In this document: positions 9,137 to 19,022 of the stretch, piece after piece | Layout: each line of letters starts with the position of its first letter | Numbering within the stretch: the stretch's first letter is position 1 | Source of the DNA: Thermoanaerobaculia bacterium | GTDB lineage: Bacteria > Acidobacteriota > Thermoanaerobaculia > UBA5066 | Direction: 5' to 3' | Assembly (NCBI GenBank): GCA_963816185.1 | Contig: CAWFJJ010000025.1 | Coordinates: forward strand, 96,001 to 160,000 | Length of the DNA stretch: 64,000 bases | Translations under genes and position numbers: made by a program | The notes under the pieces: generated by a model | What the model saw: the letters and a program-made list of their open reading frames with translations, nothing else | Told to the model about the DNA's origin: nothing | Database searches by the model: none

Positions 9137-10119
9137 TAATTCGTCTTGATCTCCGCTGTGGTGACGGGAGCCGCGGCGGCCGCGGCCGCCGCGATGAGGC
9201 GCTCGCGCCGCGCGTCGGCTTCGGGAGTCCCCTTGATGTCGATCAGGGACCTCACGTAGTACGCCATCGCCCAGATGTCGTCGTCGGGCAGCGCGCCTTT
9301 CCACGTGGGCATGGCCGTGCCGCCGATGCCGCAGGCGATCGTGCGGTAGATGTCCTCGAGCGTCTCGCCGGAACGCACGTGGTCGCGCGTGAAGTCCGGC
9401 GGCATGAGCTTGTAGCCGTAGTCGCTGTCCTTCATCTGGGCGTGATAAGCGTCCGGGCGGAGGATCGCCTCGCGGTGGGACAGTGCGAGGCTCGCGGCGT
9501 TGATCGTCTCTTTCGTCTCGTACGCGGGGTGGCATGAGAGGCACTGCGCCAGTCCGTGGTAGACCATCATCCCGCGCGTGACGGCCTCGTCCCGGCGCTC
9601 TTTCCCCCACGGATCGGGGCCGGGCACGATCGGCTCGCCGGGCTTCTTGTCTGCCCACTTCGGCGAGAGCGTCTTGATGTACTGGATGATGTCCATGAGC
9701 TCGCGCTCGGGGACGTCGTTCCAGGGGAGCATCGCGCTGCCGTGGAGCCCCTTCTGGATGATGCGCATGAAGTCTTCGTCGTTCGGAAGCTCGCCGCTCG
9801 CCACCGCCCCGAATTTGAACTCGCCCTGTGTGAAGTTGCGCGGCGGCGGGCGAAGGCCGATCGAGGCGGGCCCTTTCCCGTCGCCATTCACGCCGTGGCA
9901 GGCGGAGCAATACGTCAGGAAGAGATACTTGCCGTTGTTCAGGCGGCGCGCCGAGACCTTCTTCCCGCCGAGGACCATCGATTTTCTGAAGGTTTTGCCG
10001 GGTCCCGAGCAGCCGGTCCCGCCCCCCGCCAGGGCGGCCACCAGCAATGCCGCAGTCGACGCCGCCGCGATCGTCCTCGACGCCGCGACTCCGTCGACTT
10101 TCCTTCGTCCGACCTTCAT
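9136..10119 (-). CDS. diheme c-type cytochrome
   Basis: CSACH and CLSCH heme motifs, each followed by a G(S/T)AM(L/P)xW axial-Met segment. Confidence 0.92.
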   Translation of the reverse strand: MKVGRRKVDGVAASRTIAAASTAALLVAALAGGGTGCSGPGKTFRKSMVLGGKKVSARRLNNGKYLFLTYCSACHGVNGDGKGPASIGLRPPPRNFTQGEFKFGAVASGELPNDEDFMRIIQKGLHGSAMLPWNDVPERELMDIIQYIKTLSPKWADKKPGEPIVPGPDPWGKERRDEAVTRGMMVYHGLAQCLSCHPAYETKETINAASLALSHREAILRPDAYHAQMKDSDYGYKLMPPDFTRDHVRSGETLEDIYRTIACGIGGTAMPTWKGALPDDDIWAMAYYVRSLIDIKGTPEADARRERLIAAAAAAAAPVTTAEIKTN

Positions 10120-10146
10120 AAGAATCTTCTCTTCACTTTCTTCTTT

Positions 10147-10740
10147 CTAGAGCAGATAGACCGTGACGAACATGACGACCCAGACGGCGTCGACGAAGTG
10201 CCAGAACATTGCCGAGAGACGCACGGTGCTCGCCCGGCCCGAGGCCAGGCGCCCCGAGAACGCGCCCGGCAGGAGGACGGCCAGAGCCACCAGGCCCGCG
10301 AGGACGTGGACCGCGTGGAAGACCGTGAGAGAGTAGAAGATCGAACCGTACGTGCCCGAGTCGATCCGGAATCCGGAGCGCCAGAGCGGGACCCACACGG
10401 CGAGCTGCAGCGCGAGGAACAGGCTTCCGAGCGCGAGCGTCCCGAGGAGCGCGCGCCGGAGCGTCCCCGGGTTTTCCTCCGCCTCGGGACGGACGCCGAG
10501 ACGGAGGACGGCGCTCGACGCGAGAAGGACGAGCGTGTTCAGGAAGGGCAGCGCCTTCGGGAGCGGTTGGAGGCCGTCCGGCGGCCAGGCCGGCGCCCGG
10601 AGCCGCAGGACCGCATACGCGAAGAAGAGCGCGACGAAGAGCATCGTCCACGAGGCGAGCGCCATCACCATTCCGACGAACGAGGTTCGCCGGGACTCTT
10701 CGGGCACCGGAAAGCGCGTGACGGACACCGCGGTGCTCAT
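10147..10740 (-). CDS. heme-copper oxidase subunit III (CoxO-like)
   Basis: GMVMALASWTMLF; YGSIFYSLTVFHAVHV; FWHFVDAVW. Confidence 0.92.
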   Translation of the reverse strand: MSTAVSVTRFPVPEESRRTSFVGMVMALASWTMLFVALFFAYAVLRLRAPAWPPDGLQPLPKALPFLNTLVLLASSAVLRLGVRPEAEENPGTLRRALLGTLALGSLFLALQLAVWVPLWRSGFRIDSGTYGSIFYSLTVFHAVHVLAGLVALAVLLPGAFSGRLASGRASTVRLSAMFWHFVDAVWVVMFVTVYLL

Positions 10741-12551
10741 CAATTGCCGACGGCACCCAGGGCGACGGGCTCGTCGCCGATCGGCTCGTCCTGCGCGAGC
10801 CAGTCCTTGCCTGCCACCGCCGGGTTATTGAACTCGTGCGGCCCGTGGAGAACGACGGGAATCTCGTCGTAGTTGTGGTGCGGCGGCGGCGAGGGGATCG
10901 TCCACTCGAGCGTACCGACCTCCCACGGGTTCTCCGTCGCTTTCTTTCCGGAAATGAGGCTCGACAGGAAGTTGCCGACGAAGAGGAACTGCGAGGCGCC
11001 CAGGAGAAGCGCCGCGCGGGTCATCCACAAGTTGACCGGGTGAAGGTGCTTGAGGAAATCGTAGGCCTCGTAGTTGTACAGGCGGCGCTGCATGCCACCG
11101 TAGCCCACCACGAGCATTCCGCAGAAGATGACCGTGATCGGGACGATCGTGAGCCAGAAGTGCCACTTGCCGAGCGTTTCGTTCATCATCTTCCCGAACA
11201 TTTTCGGGAACCAGAAGTAGATCGCCGCGAAGGCGCCGAGCAACACGGAGGCCGCCATCGTGAGGTGGAAGTGCCCGACCACGAAGTACGAGTCGTGCAG
11301 GTAGATGTCCGACGAGATCGCGCCGAGGTGGAGGCCCGTGAGGCCGCCGAGGCCGAACACGAAGACGACGCCGAGCGCGAACAGCATCGGCGTCGCGAAG
11401 CGGATCGAGCCGCGCCACATCGTCCCGAGCCAGTTCAGGAAGAACACGGCCGACGGAATCGAGATGAGCATCGTGAGCGTCATGAAGCCTTGCGAGAGGA
11501 GCGGGCTCATGCCGACGACGAACATGTGGTGCCCGTAGACGGCCATCGAGAGGAGCGTGATGACGCTCATGGAGAGAGCCGTCGCCTTGTAGCCGAACGC
11601 GGGCTTTCGCGAGAAGAATGACAGGAGGTCCGAGACGATGCCCCAGGCGGGCAGGATGAGGATGTAGACCTCGGGGTGGCCGAAGATCCAGAAGAGGTGC
11701 TGATAGAGCACCGGGTCGCCTCCGCCCTTCGTGATCGCGGCGCCGGCGAGGAAGAAGTGGCTCCCGAAGACGCGGTCGAGAAAGAGGAGGAGGACGCCCG
11801 CGGCGAGGACCGGCACGAAGAGGGCGTTCAGGATGGCGGTAAGCCAGATGCCCCACACGGAGAGCGGCATCTGGAAGTAGCCCATGCCCGGCGCCCTCAG
11901 GCGCACGACCGTCGTGATGTAGTTGACCGCGCCCATGATCGACGCGCTCCCGGTGAAGAAGATGCCGAGGATCCAGAGCGTCTGACCGTGGCCGGGGGAG
12001 CCCACGAGAGTCGAGAGCGTCGGATACGACTGCCAGCCTCCGGCCGCGGCGCCCATCGGGACGAAGAACGAGACGATCATGCAGGAGCCCGCGACGACGT
12101 TCGTCCAGAACGACATCAGGTTCAACGTCGGGAACGCCATGTCGCGCGCGCCGATCATGAGCGGAATCAGGAGGTTCCCGAACGCGCCGATGAGGATCGG
12201 CGTGATCGCGAAGAAGATCATGAGCGTCCCGTGCATCGTGAAGAACGACGCATAGGACTGCGGGGGCATGACGCCGCCGCTCTGGGGCCACAGGAGCTGG
12301 CCGAGGACGGGGAACGGCGTGCCGGGATAGGCGATCTGCCAGCGGATCATCATCGCCATGGTCCCGCCCACGACGAGGAAGAAGAGGCCGTACCACAGGA
12401 ACTGCTTCGCGATGACCTTGTGGTCCGTCGAGAAGACGTATCTCCTGAGGAACGAGGTCGGCTCCGGGTGGATGTGCTGCTCCGCCCGGAATTCGGGCCC
12501 GACGTGAAGGTGCCGGACGGCGGCCGGTTTGCTCATCGTTGCGTCGCCCAT
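10740..12551 (-). CDS. ctaD: cytochrome c oxidase subunit I (type A1)
   Basis: FSTDHK, TMHG, WIFGHPEVY, GHHMF, HFH; start at 12551 or 12537 avoids overlap with subunit II. Confidence 0.96.
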   Translation of the reverse strand: MGDATMSKPAAVRHLHVGPEFRAEQHIHPEPTSFLRRYVFSTDHKVIAKQFLWYGLFFLVVGGTMAMMIRWQIAYPGTPFPVLGQLLWPQSGGVMPPQSYASFFTMHGTLMIFFAITPILIGAFGNLLIPLMIGARDMAFPTLNLMSFWTNVVAGSCMIVSFFVPMGAAAGGWQSYPTLSTLVGSPGHGQTLWILGIFFTGSASIMGAVNYITTVVRLRAPGMGYFQMPLSVWGIWLTAILNALFVPVLAAGVLLLFLDRVFGSHFFLAGAAITKGGGDPVLYQHLFWIFGHPEVYILILPAWGIVSDLLSFFSRKPAFGYKATALSMSVITLLSMAVYGHHMFVVGMSPLLSQGFMTLTMLISIPSAVFFLNWLGTMWRGSIRFATPMLFALGVVFVFGLGGLTGLHLGAISSDIYLHDSYFVVGHFHLTMAASVLLGAFAAIYFWFPKMFGKMMNETLGKWHFWLTIVPITVIFCGMLVVGYGGMQRRLYNYEAYDFLKHLHPVNLWMTRAALLLGASQFLFVGNFLSSLISGKKATENPWEVGTLEWTIPSPPPHHNYDEIPVVLHGPHEFNNPAVAGKDWLAQDEPIGDEPVALGAVGN

Positions 12552-12553
12552 CT

Positions 12554-13306
12554 CTACTGCACCCACTCCCATCCCCACAGTTGTTCCTTATCAGCCGGGT
12601 CGAACCGGCGCTGCGCGTCGCCCACGGCCTCCTTCATCCAGCGCTCGAAGTCTGCCTCGGGTTGGGCGATGAGATCGCCCTTCATCTTGTAATGGGCCCA
12701 GCCGCACATCTGCGAGCACGCGATCTCGAAGTTGCCCGGCTTCAGGGCCTGGAACCACGTGCGCGTCACGTAGCCGGGGTTCGCGTCCTGCTTCAGGCGG
12801 AAGTTCGGGATGTAGAAGCTGTGAATGACGTCCTTCGCCTTGAGGTTCAGCATCACGGGCCGTCCGACGGGTATCCGCATCTCGTTCAGCGTGACGACGT
12901 CGTCCGGCGTGTTGAAGACGCCGTCGGGCCCGGCGTAGCGGATGTTCCACGCCCACTGCTGCGGCATCACCTCGATCCTGAGGGTGTCGGGCGAAGTGGG
13001 CCAGTTGTACGTGTACTCCTTCACGTCGATCTGCGAGACCCTCACGAGATTCATGTCGATCGTGACGAAGACGAGGGCGGCCAGGATGCCCGTGACGGCG
13101 AAGCTCTTGCGGTCCGTTCCGTGGGTATAGAGCGCCTTGCCCCCCGGCCGTGCCCGGTACTTCCACGCCGAGTACACGAGCGCGAACGCGACGAGCGCAA
13201 ACGCGATGACGCACAGGAGCGTCGTGTACCAGAAGAGGGCTTCCGCCCGCCAGCCGTCCCGCGAGACGTCGACGGTCGTCAGCCAGGGTAAGGGCCAGTG
13301 GTGCAT
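12554..13306 (-). CDS. ctaC: cytochrome c oxidase subunit II
   Basis: QQWAW, DVIHSF, CuA motif CSQMCGWAHYKM. Confidence 0.95.
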   Translation of the reverse strand: MHHWPLPWLTTVDVSRDGWRAEALFWYTTLLCVIAFALVAFALVYSAWKYRARPGGKALYTHGTDRKSFAVTGILAALVFVTIDMNLVRVSQIDVKEYTYNWPTSPDTLRIEVMPQQWAWNIRYAGPDGVFNTPDDVVTLNEMRIPVGRPVMLNLKAKDVIHSFYIPNFRLKQDANPGYVTRTWFQALKPGNFEIACSQMCGWAHYKMKGDLIAQPEADFERWMKEAVGDAQRRFDPADKEQLWGWEWVQ

Positions 13307-13328
13307 TTCGTCCCCTCGCTGGGGCGTA

Positions 13329-13401
13329 ACTATAAGGGAACAGAGTCTCAGTTCAAGTCGCCTGCGTCTCGTTCTAGAATCCGGACAGAGTCTCAATTCA
13401 A
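13329..13401. promoter_or_regulatory. divergent sigma70-like promoters with a 17-bp direct-repeat operator
   Basis: Minus: TTGAAC-N16-TATAGT toward cox; plus: TTCAAG-N17-TAGAAT; repeat ACAGAGTCTCA(G/A)TTCAA at 13340-13356 and 13385-13401. Confidence 0.55.
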
Positions 13402-13416
13402 ACAGGAGGCGAGACG

Positions 13417-13641
13417 ATGAGCGACGAGACGAATCACAAGGGCCACAGGGCGGTGCTGATCTTCCTCTTCGCGCTTCTCGCCTACGCGGCGCTGCCTGTC
13501 TTCGGCGTCGGGTTCTACCGGAACGGCTCGGGCCAGGTCTTCTTCACGCTCTGGTACCTGATCGGCTTCATGATCATCGCGTTCTTCCTGATGCACGAGC
13601 TCATCACGCCGCTGCCGCCGAAGGACACGGGCCGGGGATAG
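13417..13641 (+). CDS. small two-TM membrane protein
   Basis: AGGAGG RBS, two hydrophobic helices, host-like codon usage. Confidence 0.75.
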   Translation: MSDETNHKGHRAVLIFLFALLAYAALPVFGVGFYRNGSGQVFFTLWYLIGFMIIAFFLMHELITPLPPKDTGRG

Positions 13642-13661
13642 CGGCGCCAGGCGAGGGCGCG

Positions 13662-13961
13662 TCAACGAGCGCGGGGCCTTCTTCCATAACGATCGATGTC
13701 GTCGTGCTTGACGATGTCGACGAAGTAAACGGTCCCGCCTTCGACGTGGAAGATGATTCGATCGCCACTGCTGATTCGCGCTTCGAGGTAATACTTCTCC
13801 GGTTGGATCGGCTTGATCCTCAGGCCGGGCGAAGATTCCTGCTTGATGAGCGACATGGCCGCCTCGTCGCAGGACCGCCGCCTCTCCACGGTGAGCTCGG
13901 CGTATCTCTCCTGCCACCGAAGGGACCATTCGGTTCGAAGGAAGAGCTGCCGGTGGGCCAT
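13662..13961 (-). CDS. RelE/ParE-superfamily toxin
   Basis: PGLRIKPI..YLEARISSGDRIIF..VDIVKHD; overlaps the antitoxin stop. Confidence 0.7.
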   Translation of the reverse strand: MAHRQLFLRTEWSLRWQERYAELTVERRRSCDEAAMSLIKQESSPGLRIKPIQPEKYYLEARISSGDRIIFHVEGGTVYFVDIVKHDDIDRYGRRPRAR

Positions 13962-14278
13962 CAGAGGCGGCCCTTACGGCCCTTCCGTCGCCTCTTGAGG
14001 TTGTCGAGAAACGCCTGCGCTTCCTCGGGGGTTTCCGTTCTCGTCGAGCGGCCCTCGGCAAACTCCCGTTCTGCCTGCGCGATTCGGGCCTGCATCTCGG
14101 GGTGGTAGAACCAGAGCTGGTCCTTCGGCACGAGAGCGGCCGGGATGAGTTCGTACGTTCCGCGCTCGGTCCGCTCCAGGATGATGAAGTCACCTGCCTG
14201 GACACCGAGGGCCGTGCGGACATCTTCGGGCAAAGTCGCCCGTCCCTTCTTGTCCAGCGTGACGAATGCCGAGCTCAT
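13961..14278 (-). CDS. AbrB/MazE/SpoVT-family antitoxin
   Basis: LDKKGRATLPEDVRTALGVQAGD; DQLWFYHPEMQARIAQAE. Confidence 0.88.
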   Translation of the reverse strand: MSSAFVTLDKKGRATLPEDVRTALGVQAGDFIILERTERGTYELIPAALVPKDQLWFYHPEMQARIAQAEREFAEGRSTRTETPEEAQAFLDNLKRRRKGRKGRL

Positions 14279-14322
14279 TTGAGGCCTTCAGGGCCCTCAG
14301 GCCCACAGTGGGACTATACCAC

Positions 14323-17300
14323 TCAGTCGAACCGCACGCTGACGAGCTTCGACACTCCCGGCTCTTCCTGCGTCACGCCGTAGAGGGCCTGAGCGGTCTC
14401 CATCGTCCTCTTGTTGTGCGTGATGAGGACGAACTGCGTCTCCTCGGACAGCTCCACGAGGAGGGACGTGAAGCGGTCGATGTTCGCCTCGTCGAGCGGA
14501 GCGTCGACCTCGTCGAGGATGCAGAACGGCGAGGGCTTGTACTTGAAGATCGCGACGAGGAGCGCGATCGCCGTGAGCGCCTTCTCGCCGCCCGAGAGGA
14601 GGCCGATCGTCTGGTTCCGCTTGCCCGGCGGCTGCGCCATGATCTCGAGGCCCGAGTCCAGGGGGTCCCCCTCGTCGAGGAGATGCATCGAGGCGGTCCC
14701 CCCGTGGAAGAGGCGCTGAAAGACCTGGCCGAACCCGAAGTTGACGGCGGCGAAGGCCTCCTGGAAGCGCTCCGACGAAGTCGCATTGATCGTCCGGATG
14801 GTCTCGAGAATCTGCGCGAGCGATGCGTCGAGGTCGGCCTTCTGGGCCGAAAGCTCCTGGAGCCGTTTGCTCTCGACCTGGTATTCCTCGAGCGCCGCGC
14901 CATTGACGGGGCCGAGCCGCTCGAGCGCGAGGGAACGGGAGATGACGTCCTCGGAGAGCGCGGCCTCGAGCGCGTCAGGAGCGAGGGCTTCCTGCTCCTC
15001 GGTCCTCTCGAAGGCGGGTAGCTCGCCCGGCAGGCAGCCGAACTCGGTCCGGCACTGCTCGACGAGGTGATCCTGGTCGGCCTTGTGGCGCTCGAGGGCG
15101 AGCTCGGCCTCGAAGCGAGCTCGCCGCACGACGTCGAGGGCCTCGCGCGCGGCCGCGGCCTGCGCCTCGGCGACGGCGCGTGCCTCGCGCCGTGACGTCG
15201 CTGCCTCGTCGGTCTCGGTGCGACGCCGGTCGGCCTCGGCGGCGGCGATCGCGGCCGCCCCCTGTGCCGCCCGCGCGGTTTCTCCGGCTGCGAGGGCCTG
15301 TACGCGCCGGCGTCCGATCTCGACGAGCGCATCGGCCATCTCGGCGACACGGCGCGCCGCGTCGCGGGCGCGCTCCTCGGCCGCCGCGGAGGTATCGGCG
15401 AGGGAGCGGGAGCGCTCGATGAGGACGTCGCGCCCGTTGCGCGCGGCGGCATCGGCCTCGGCGGCCGTGAGCCGCGCGGTACGCGCGGCGTCGAGGGCCG
15501 TTTCCAGCTCCGAGAGCGTGCGTTCCACGGTCGCCATCTCCGATTGCCGCTGCGCCGCGAGGTGCGCTGCCTCGACCCGGCTCTCTCCGGCCTTCGCGAG
15601 GTCCTGGCGAAGCGCACCGCCCTCGTCGGCGAGGACGCGCAGCTCCTGAACGGCACGCTCTTCTTCCGTGTGCGCGGCCACGCTCCTTGCCTCGGCTTCG
15701 GAATGCGCGCGCTCGGCGGCGCCTTTGGCGGCGAGAGCGGCGTCGAGCGTCGCGGCGAACGTTCCGACCCGCTCGGCGAGAGATCCGATGTCGGCATCCG
15801 TCGACGCCAGGCTCGCCACGACGCGTGTCCTTTCCGCGGCGAGATCCACGAGGTCGCGCCGGACCGTAAAGAGGCCCTCTCCGGGGACCTCCGTGCCGGC
15901 GGCTTCGACCACCGCGCCACGAACGACGACGCCGTCCTTCGTCACGAGCGTGCGCTCGGGGTGCAGCGCCGCGAGCGCAAGCGCGTCGTCCACGTTCGCG
16001 ACCACGACGGCGTCGGGCAGCGCGGACGTCGGTGCTCCCGCGGATTTCGCGGTGAGGAGCTCGCGCGCGATCCCGAGAACCCGCGGATCCTTCGGCTTCA
16101 GAGGGAACGGAGTCTCTGGAAGCGGGTGGACGAAGCGCGCCGCGCCGAGCCTTTTCTCACGCACGGAGGCGAGGGCGGCGTCGAGCGCGGCGCGGGTCTC
16201 GAGGACGGGCGCCTCGAGGGCGGACCCGAGGGCGGCATCCAGGGCTTTTTCGAAGCCGGGCGCGGCGTCGAAGTGGTCGGCGAGGACCCCCTTCGGCGAG
16301 ATTCTCGCGGCCTCGAGCGCGCGGCGCGCGGACTCGCCGCCGCCCTCGCGCGCGGCGAGCGTCGTCTCGAGCGCGGCGGCACGGACGTCCACGGCATGGA
16401 GCGCCGAGACATGGGCTTCGCGTACGGCTTTGAGCGTCGCGAGCTGGTCCTCGGCGGCCCGCCGGCCGTGGCTGGCGTCCTCGAGATGCCGTCGCGACGC
16501 GTCGAGGCCGGAAGAGGCAGCGGCGAGAAGCGCACCGGCTTCGGCAGAGGCCGTCCGGCGCTCGTCCACGAACGATGCGGCCCGCGCCTGGCGCTCGTCG
16601 AGCTTGGCGAGCGCGAAGGCGAGACGGTCGACGAGCAGGGCGGCATCGCGCTCGCGGTTCGTCGCCTCGGCAGAGCGAGCCCCGGCGGTCAGAAGGTCGC
16701 GCCGCGACCCCTCCCGGCGCGCCGCCACCTCGGCTTCGCGGGCCGATACCGCTGCCAGCGCGCCGGCCGCAGTCGCGGCGGCCGCGGCAGCCTCGGTGAG
16801 CGCCGCTTCCGCCTCTTCGCGGGCCGTTACGGTTCGGCCGGCCTCCTCGACGAAACGGCTGTAGTCGGATTCCGATTCCCGGCGCTGCGCCTCGAGCAGC
16901 TCCTGGCGAGCGGCCGTTTCCTCGGCCTCGCGCGCAGCCGCCGCGACGGCGGCCTCGGCGGCCAGGAGGTTCTCTCTCGCGCTCGCGAGCGCGTCGCCCG
17001 CCTCGCGGATTGCGCGCTCGTCCTCGTCGGCGACGCGGCGCGCTTCCGTGACCTCGGCCTCGAGCCGGGCGAGGTCCGCGAGCGATACGGCCTCGGCGTC
17101 GGTCGCCGCCTCGAGGGCCGACCGGCCAGAGGCGAATCCGGCTTCCAGGCGGTCGGCGCGCAGACTGGCGAGCTTCTTCTTCTGCCCCGAGAGGAGATCG
17201 GCCTGCTCTTTCCAACGCGCGGCGCGCGACGCTTGTCGTTTCAACGAAGCGCACGTGCGCTCGATCTCCGAGACGATGTCCGTGAGGCGCAGGAGATTTC

Positions 17301-17862
17301 CGCGCGTCTCCTCGAGCTTCACCTCGGCCTGGCGCTTGCGGATCTTGTATTTCGAGACGCCTGCGGCCTCCTCGATGAGACGGCGGCGATCCTGCGGCTT
17401 CGTCGAGAGGATCAAGTCGATCTTCTGCTGTTCGATGATCGAATACGCGCGCACGCCGAGACCGGTGCCGAGGAGGATCTCCTGCACGTCCTTGAGGCGC
17501 GACCTCTTTCCGTTGAGGATGTAGTCGCTCTCGCCGTCGCGCGTGACGCGCCGCGTGATCACGACTTCGCCGCCCGTCTCGGCCCACTGCTCACCGGTGC
17601 GCGACTCGAGCGTGAGAGCGACCTCCGCCATGCCGAGCGGTCGCCGGCGCGCGGCTCCGTTGAAGATGACGTCCTCCATCGTCGTGCCGCGCAGGCTCTT
17701 CGCCGATTGCTCGCCGAGGACCCATTGGACGGCATCGCAGATGTTGGATTTGCCGGACCCGTTCGGACCGACGATCGCCGTGATGCGCGTCGGAAGGGTG
17801 ACGGAGGTGCGATCCACGAAGGACTTGAAGCCCTGGATTTCGAGTCTCTTCAGTCGGAACAT
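14323..17862 (-). CDS. smc: chromosome segregation protein SMC
   Basis: LEIQGFKSF, GPNGSGKSN, coiled coils and hinge, LSGGE, ILDEVDAPLD. Confidence 0.97.
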   Translation of the reverse strand: MFRLKRLEIQGFKSFVDRTSVTLPTRITAIVGPNGSGKSNICDAVQWVLGEQSAKSLRGTTMEDVIFNGAARRRPLGMAEVALTLESRTGEQWAETGGEVVITRRVTRDGESDYILNGKRSRLKDVQEILLGTGLGVRAYSIIEQQKIDLILSTKPQDRRRLIEEAAGVSKYKIRKRQAEVKLEETRGNLLRLTDIVSEIERTCASLKRQASRAARWKEQADLLSGQKKKLASLRADRLEAGFASGRSALEAATDAEAVSLADLARLEAEVTEARRVADEDERAIREAGDALASARENLLAAEAAVAAAAREAEETAARQELLEAQRRESESDYSRFVEEAGRTVTAREEAEAALTEAAAAAATAAGALAAVSAREAEVAARREGSRRDLLTAGARSAEATNRERDAALLVDRLAFALAKLDERQARAASFVDERRTASAEAGALLAAASSGLDASRRHLEDASHGRRAAEDQLATLKAVREAHVSALHAVDVRAAALETTLAAREGGGESARRALEAARISPKGVLADHFDAAPGFEKALDAALGSALEAPVLETRAALDAALASVREKRLGAARFVHPLPETPFPLKPKDPRVLGIARELLTAKSAGAPTSALPDAVVVANVDDALALAALHPERTLVTKDGVVVRGAVVEAAGTEVPGEGLFTVRRDLVDLAAERTRVVASLASTDADIGSLAERVGTFAATLDAALAAKGAAERAHSEAEARSVAAHTEEERAVQELRVLADEGGALRQDLAKAGESRVEAAHLAAQRQSEMATVERTLSELETALDAARTARLTAAEADAAARNGRDVLIERSRSLADTSAAAEERARDAARRVAEMADALVEIGRRRVQALAAGETARAAQGAAAIAAAEADRRRTETDEAATSRREARAVAEAQAAAAREALDVVRRARFEAELALERHKADQDHLVEQCRTEFGCLPGELPAFERTEEQEALAPDALEAALSEDVISRSLALERLGPVNGAALEEYQVESKRLQELSAQKADLDASLAQILETIRTINATSSERFQEAFAAVNFGFGQVFQRLFHGGTASMHLLDEGDPLDSGLEIMAQPPGKRNQTIGLLSGGEKALTAIALLVAIFKYKPSPFCILDEVDAPLDEANIDRFTSLLVELSEETQFVLITHNKRTMETAQALYGVTQEEPGVSKLVSVRFD

Positions 17863-17881
17863 CAGGCCAAAGAGCCTACCA

Positions 17882-18868
17882 CTACATTTTGAGGTGTCGC
17901 CGGCCCGGAGACTCAACCGGCTGGGGTTTCACGGCAGATCGCGGCGCCGCATCGAGGGCCTTCAGAAGCCCCGACCGCGACCCGACGCCGAGCTTCGAGA
18001 AGACGTGCTTGAGGTGATCCTTGACCGTCCACTCGGTGATGAAGAGGCGGCGCGCGATTTCCGCGTTGCGAAGTCCTTCGAGCACCGCGCCCACGACGTC
18101 GGCCTCGCGGCCCGAGACGCCGCGCGTCGCAAGTCTTTCCCGCACGTCCTCGAGGGAGAGCGCCGACTGGACCTTCAGCGTGAGAACCGCAACGTCGTCC
18201 TCCTCCTCGTCGGCGAAGCGCGCGACCGAGGCTTCGAGCGCCCGGCCGTCCGCGAGGACGGCGCACCACTTTTCGCCTGCGGCGGCGCCCGCCCCGAGGC
18301 GTGCGATCCAGGTCGCGAGCGTAGTCTCGCGCCCGTCTCTCGGGACGACGACGACCGGGCTGCGGGCCGAGAGCAGCGATGCGGCGGCGTGGTTCGCGTA
18401 GAGCACGGAGCCCGACGGCCGCACGAGAAGGATCGGCGTGGACGCGGCCTCGGCCGCGCTCTCCAGCCGCCGCCGGGCCGCCGCGTGGATCTCGGCGGCG
18501 GCCGCGCTCTCGAGGAGCTGGGCGAGAAGCGGGCGGAAGACCTCGAAGCGTAGAACCTCCGGCTCCGTCCACGGCCTCCGTGGCCCGCGCAACAGCGTGA
18601 GCGTCCCTCGAAGAAGGCCCGCAAGGTGAAATTCCACCGCGAGGGGCTCCGCCGGCGTGGGATACCGCCTGACCGGGCGTACGGTGCCCGCGGTGAAGAC
18701 GCGGCTGCGGAGCGCCCGCCAGCGGAAGCGCTGGCCGGAAGGCTCGAAGAGATACTCCATCTCGACCGAATCCGGATCGAGGACCGAACGCACGGTGCCG
18801 ACGATTCGTGTCAGCGCCGTCGCGTGGCGCCCCCGGAAGGGCGGCCCGTCGAGCGGGGAAACCGGCAT
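17882..18868 (-). CDS. LuxR-type HTH regulator with GAF/PAS-like N-terminal domains
   Basis: SGREADV..GLRNAEIARRLFITEWTVKDHLKHVFSKLG; VLYANHAA PAS-like segment; start approximate. Confidence 0.82.
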   Translation of the reverse strand: MPVSPLDGPPFRGRHATALTRIVGTVRSVLDPDSVEMEYLFEPSGQRFRWRALRSRVFTAGTVRPVRRYPTPAEPLAVEFHLAGLLRGTLTLLRGPRRPWTEPEVLRFEVFRPLLAQLLESAAAAEIHAAARRRLESAAEAASTPILLVRPSGSVLYANHAAASLLSARSPVVVVPRDGRETTLATWIARLGAGAAAGEKWCAVLADGRALEASVARFADEEEDDVAVLTLKVQSALSLEDVRERLATRGVSGREADVVGAVLEGLRNAEIARRLFITEWTVKDHLKHVFSKLGVGSRSGLLKALDAAPRSAVKPQPVESPGRRHLKM

Positions 18869-19022
18869 GTGTGGCCCTCGGCCCTCCCGCTGAATTCTAT
18901 GCGCCCTGCGGCCGGCGGCCGCCGTTCGTTCAATTTGTGACGACGATGGGCGGACACCCCCGGGCCGTGGTAGGCTCGCGTCTGTACAGGAAACCGTCTC
19001 CCAACGGCGGAGGATCCGTTTC

